Below, piece after piece: positions 61,093-64,000 of a stretch of DNA of 64,000 nucleotides. This DNA is from Chlorokybus atmophyticus. Taxonomy: Eukaryota > Plantae > Mesostigma and Chlorokybus algae. The position numbers and the translations under genes were made by a program. The stretch lies in assembly GCA_009103225.1 (NCBI GenBank), contig RHPI01002533.1:1741186-1805185 (forward strand). Reading direction: 5' to 3'. Numbering within the stretch: the first letter of the stretch is position 1; the number at the start of each line of letters is the position of its first letter. The notes beneath the pieces were generated by a model. It made no database searches. It saw nothing but the letters and a program-made list of their open reading frames with translations, and was not told where the DNA came from.

Positions 61093-63993
61093 TTATGGGA
61101 CAGGACATGAATCCCAATAAGCTCGAAGCAACTCGCGGCAGTGCGTAAGATGCCTGTCGGGCTCCCAACTGTTATGTTCCGGGCCATACCCTTTCCATTT
61201 CACCAAATAGCGAGTTGCGCGTCCTCGACCATTTAGCTTATGGTTCAATATAGCTTCCACCTCGTATTCGAGCTCGCTGTCCACCTCAACTGGCGGTGGT
61301 GGAGGCTGTGTTCTACCGTCTGAGCGGTAAGGTTTCAACAAGTTTACATGAAACACGTTGTGTATACGCACACTTGGGGGCAATTGCAGTCGATAAGCGT
61401 GCGTACCAACTCTATCAGTGATAGAGAAAGGACCTAACCATCGGGGCAGCAACTTGCGAGCACCCGTACCTTTGATGGTTATGTTTTTTGCATTAAGCAA
61501 AACTTTATCGCCGACATCGAAAGTGGCCATTTTTCGATGTGTATCAGCATAAGCTTTTTGCCTGTCCTGTGCTTCTGACAGACACAGCTTGGCTCGAGCC
61601 AAATTTTCTTGCATATCAGTGGCAAATTCCTTTGCCGCTGGTACAGTCAGGGCATTGCGAGGTACACGCAATGACGCTGGTGTGTTCGGGCGAATCCCAT
61701 AATTCAAGAAAAATGGGGTTTCCTTTACACTTTCCTGCCACGCGTTGTTCACAGCGAACTCTGCCATTGGCAAGTACCTGTCCCAATCAGCATGATTAGG
61801 AGCCACATAGTGGCGAAGCATTTCTTCCAGTATTTGATTTGCTCGCTCAGTTTGACCGTCCGTTTGCGGGTGGAAAGCAGTCGACATGCTTTGTTTTACC
61901 CCCAACAATTCACAGACTTCTCGCCAAAACTTGGAGACAAAACGAGGATCACGATCTGTGACAAGTTCACGCGGTATACCGTGAACGCGAAAGACCGTGG
62001 ACACAAATAAGTGTGCCAAGTCCCGTGCACTTACAGTTGTGCAACACGGGGCAAAATGCACCATTTTAGTCAAACGGTCGACAAAAACCACAATAGCAGT
62101 GTATTTAGCTGCTGTTTCAGGTAGGTCAGTAATCAAATCCATACTGACACTATCCCACTTTTGTTCTGGAATTGCCAATGGTTTAAGCAATCCCGCTTGT
62201 TTTTGTCGTAGTGGCTTATTACGTTGACACACGTCACATGTGCGAACATATTGATCCACGTCAGCTGACATTGACGGCCACCAGTATAACTGTTGCGCAG
62301 ATTTGAGTGTTTTGTGTTTCCCCAAATGCCCAGCATACGGCGGGTCATGCACTGAATGTAAGCATTGCTTACGTAAGTCGCCCGAGTTGGGAATTGCCAA
62401 CTGCTCCCCTTTATACCACAGATTGCTAACAGCAGTAAGCTGTTGCAAGTTGGTTTGACTGCTAAACCAAACATCTGAGTTATAACCTGCGGACACTTCC
62501 TTTAAGAAAGGATCTTCAGGCTGTTGTACATTACGCGTACTTCGAGAGCGCGTAAGTGCCAAAAGAGCAGGGCTGCGACTTAGTGGATCCGCCACATTGG
62601 TGCGACCCGGACGGTATTGCCAAGTGAAAGTGAAACGAGAAATGAATTCATTCCACCTAGCTTGCCGCCTCGACAGATTTTGTTGCGTATGAAAGAATGT
62701 GAGCGGGTTGTGATCAGTAATCACTGAAAACTCCACCCCTTCCAAGTAGCAACGCCATGTGCGCAGCGCGTGCACCACCCCGAGCAATTCCTGCTCAGTG
62801 GTTGTGTAATTACGTTCAGCAGGAATGAACTTTCTGCTTTCATATGCACATGGTCTGTCATCTTGTAGAAGGACTGCCCCACACCCAATGGTGGAAGCAT
62901 CACTGATCACCACAAAAGGCTTGGTGTGGTCGGGGAAGGCTAACACAGGGGCTTGTGTTAATGCATCTTTAATGCGTGTAAAAGCAACCTCGTGTGCCTC
63001 CGTCCACACAAATTTAACATCTTTTCTTAGTAAAGATGTTAAAGGGTTTGCCATGCCAGAATATGCTCGCATGAACTTGCGGAAATAATTGGCTAGCCCC
63101 AAGAAAGCACGTAACTGATGTACATCCTTGGGTGGTGGCCAATCCTTTACCGCACACACCTTTTGAGGATCTGGTTTCAATCCTTCTTTGCCAATCACAT
63201 GCCCTAAAAAGGGTAGTTCATCCTTTGCAAAGTTGCATTTGGACAGGTTGGCATAGAATTTGTGTTCGCGTAATCTAGCTAGAACCAATTCCACATGTTT
63301 GTGGTGGTCCTCCCGGGTTTTGCTGAACACAATAATGTCGTCTAGATATACCAGTACAAACTTGTACAATTCATCAGCAAATACCGCGTTCATTGCTGTC
63401 TGAAATGTAGCCGGTGCATTTGTTAACCCAAATGGTAACACTTTATACTCAAAGTGTCCTAGTGGGGTGCGAAATGCAGTTTTTTGTATATCCGACGGGT
63501 GGATTTTGATTTGATGATAACCACTGGTCAAATCCAGCGTGCTGAACACTGTTGCACCTGACAGCTTATCAAACAAATCATCAATCCGAGGCAAAGGGTA
63601 TCTGTTTTTCACAGTGACCTTGTTCAACGCACGGTAATCAATACACATGCGTAGCTTGCCATTCTTTTTGGGCACAAACAAAATTGGTGCACCAAAAGGA
63701 GATATGCTCTTTGTTATTAAACCTTTGTCCAATAACTCTTTGAGCTGTTTTTCCATCTCCGCGTGTTCTAAGGGACTTAGCCTGTATATAGGCCGCCAAG
63801 GTGGCTTTGCCCCCTCCTCTAACGGAATGGTATGATGTATGTTTCGATCGGGAGGCAACTCTGGGAGTTCATCCTGAAATACATCTGCGTATTGTTCCGT
63901 AAGTGACTGCACCACAGGGTCACTGATAGCCTGTTCAGCAGGTGTTTCCACCTGTCGTAAGTGCAGTAAGTATACGTCCTCACGTTTACGCAT
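61093..63993 (-). CDS. pol: pol of chromovirus copy B2 (RT-RH-IN-chromodomain); open frame truncated by the window end
   Basis: 966-aa open frame, ~99% identical to B1 and without the two stops. Confidence 0.96.
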   Translation of the reverse strand: MRKREDVYLLHLRQVETPAEQAISDPVVQSLTEQYADVFQDELPELPPDRNIHHTIPLEEGAKPPWRPIYRLSPLEHAEMEKQLKELLDKGLITKSISPFGAPILFVPKKNGKLRMCIDYRALNKVTVKNRYPLPRIDDLFDKLSGATVFSTLDLTSGYHQIKIHPSDIQKTAFRTPLGHFEYKVLPFGLTNAPATFQTAMNAVFADELYKFVLVYLDDIIVFSKTREDHHKHVELVLARLREHKFYANLSKCNFAKDELPFLGHVIGKEGLKPDPQKVCAVKDWPPPKDVHQLRAFLGLANYFRKFMRAYSGMANPLTSLLRKDVKFVWTEAHEVAFTRIKDALTQAPVLAFPDHTKPFVVISDASTIGCGAVLLQDDRPCAYESRKFIPAERNYTTTEQELLGVVHALRTWRCYLEGVEFSVITDHNPLTFFHTQQNLSRRQARWNEFISRFTFTWQYRPGRTNVADPLSRSPALLALTRSRSTRNVQQPEDPFLKEVSAGYNSDVWFSSQTNLQQLTAVSNLWYKGEQLAIPNSGDLRKQCLHSVHDPPYAGHLGKHKTLKSAQQLYWWPSMSADVDQYVRTCDVCQRNKPLRQKQAGLLKPLAIPEQKWDSVSMDLITDLPETAAKYTAIVVFVDRLTKMVHFAPCCTTVSARDLAHLFVSTVFRVHGIPRELVTDRDPRFVSKFWREVCELLGVKQSMSTAFHPQTDGQTERANQILEEMLRHYVAPNHADWDRYLPMAEFAVNNAWQESVKETPFFLNYGIRPNTPASLRVPRNALTVPAAKEFATDMQENLARAKLCLSEAQDRQKAYADTHRKMATFDVGDKVLLNAKNITIKGTGARKLLPRWLGPFSITDRVGTHAYRLQLPPSVRIHNVFHVNLLKPYRSDGRTQPPPPPVEVDSELEYEVEAILNHKLNGRGRATRYLVKWKGYGPEHNSWEPDRHLTHCRELLRAYWDSCPVP

Positions 63994-64000
63994 GCAACGT

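Overview
Eukaryotic nuclear DNA with many short GT-AG introns and two N-gaps. It is most likely a green alga; this is inferred from NAT10/CBS sequence style, an ANK-PGG gene and chromovirus-type LTR elements. A gene-rich core at about 26.8-40 kb holds a CBS-domain gene, NAT10 and an uncharacterised EF-hand/repeat gene. Both flanks are transposon-rich. The left flank has a decayed Ty3/Gypsy chromovirus, a CACTA-like non-autonomous element with a 3-bp TSD, a Plavaka/CMC-like remnant and a tandem segmental duplication of a PSF1 fragment plus an ankyrin-PGG gene. The right flank has a 523-bp TRIM with 79-bp LTRs and a 5-bp TSD, a solo copy of that LTR inside an intron-containing Crypton tyrosine-recombinase pseudogene, and a head-to-tail chromovirus tandem sharing one LTR. 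The most striking observation concerns the two divergent chromovirus families. Both separate gag and pol by a single in-frame TAG, suggesting readthrough. Both also begin Pol with an extra ~105-aa domain resembling a degenerate N6-adenine methyltransferase. All family assignments come from motif recognition by eye; no searches were run.
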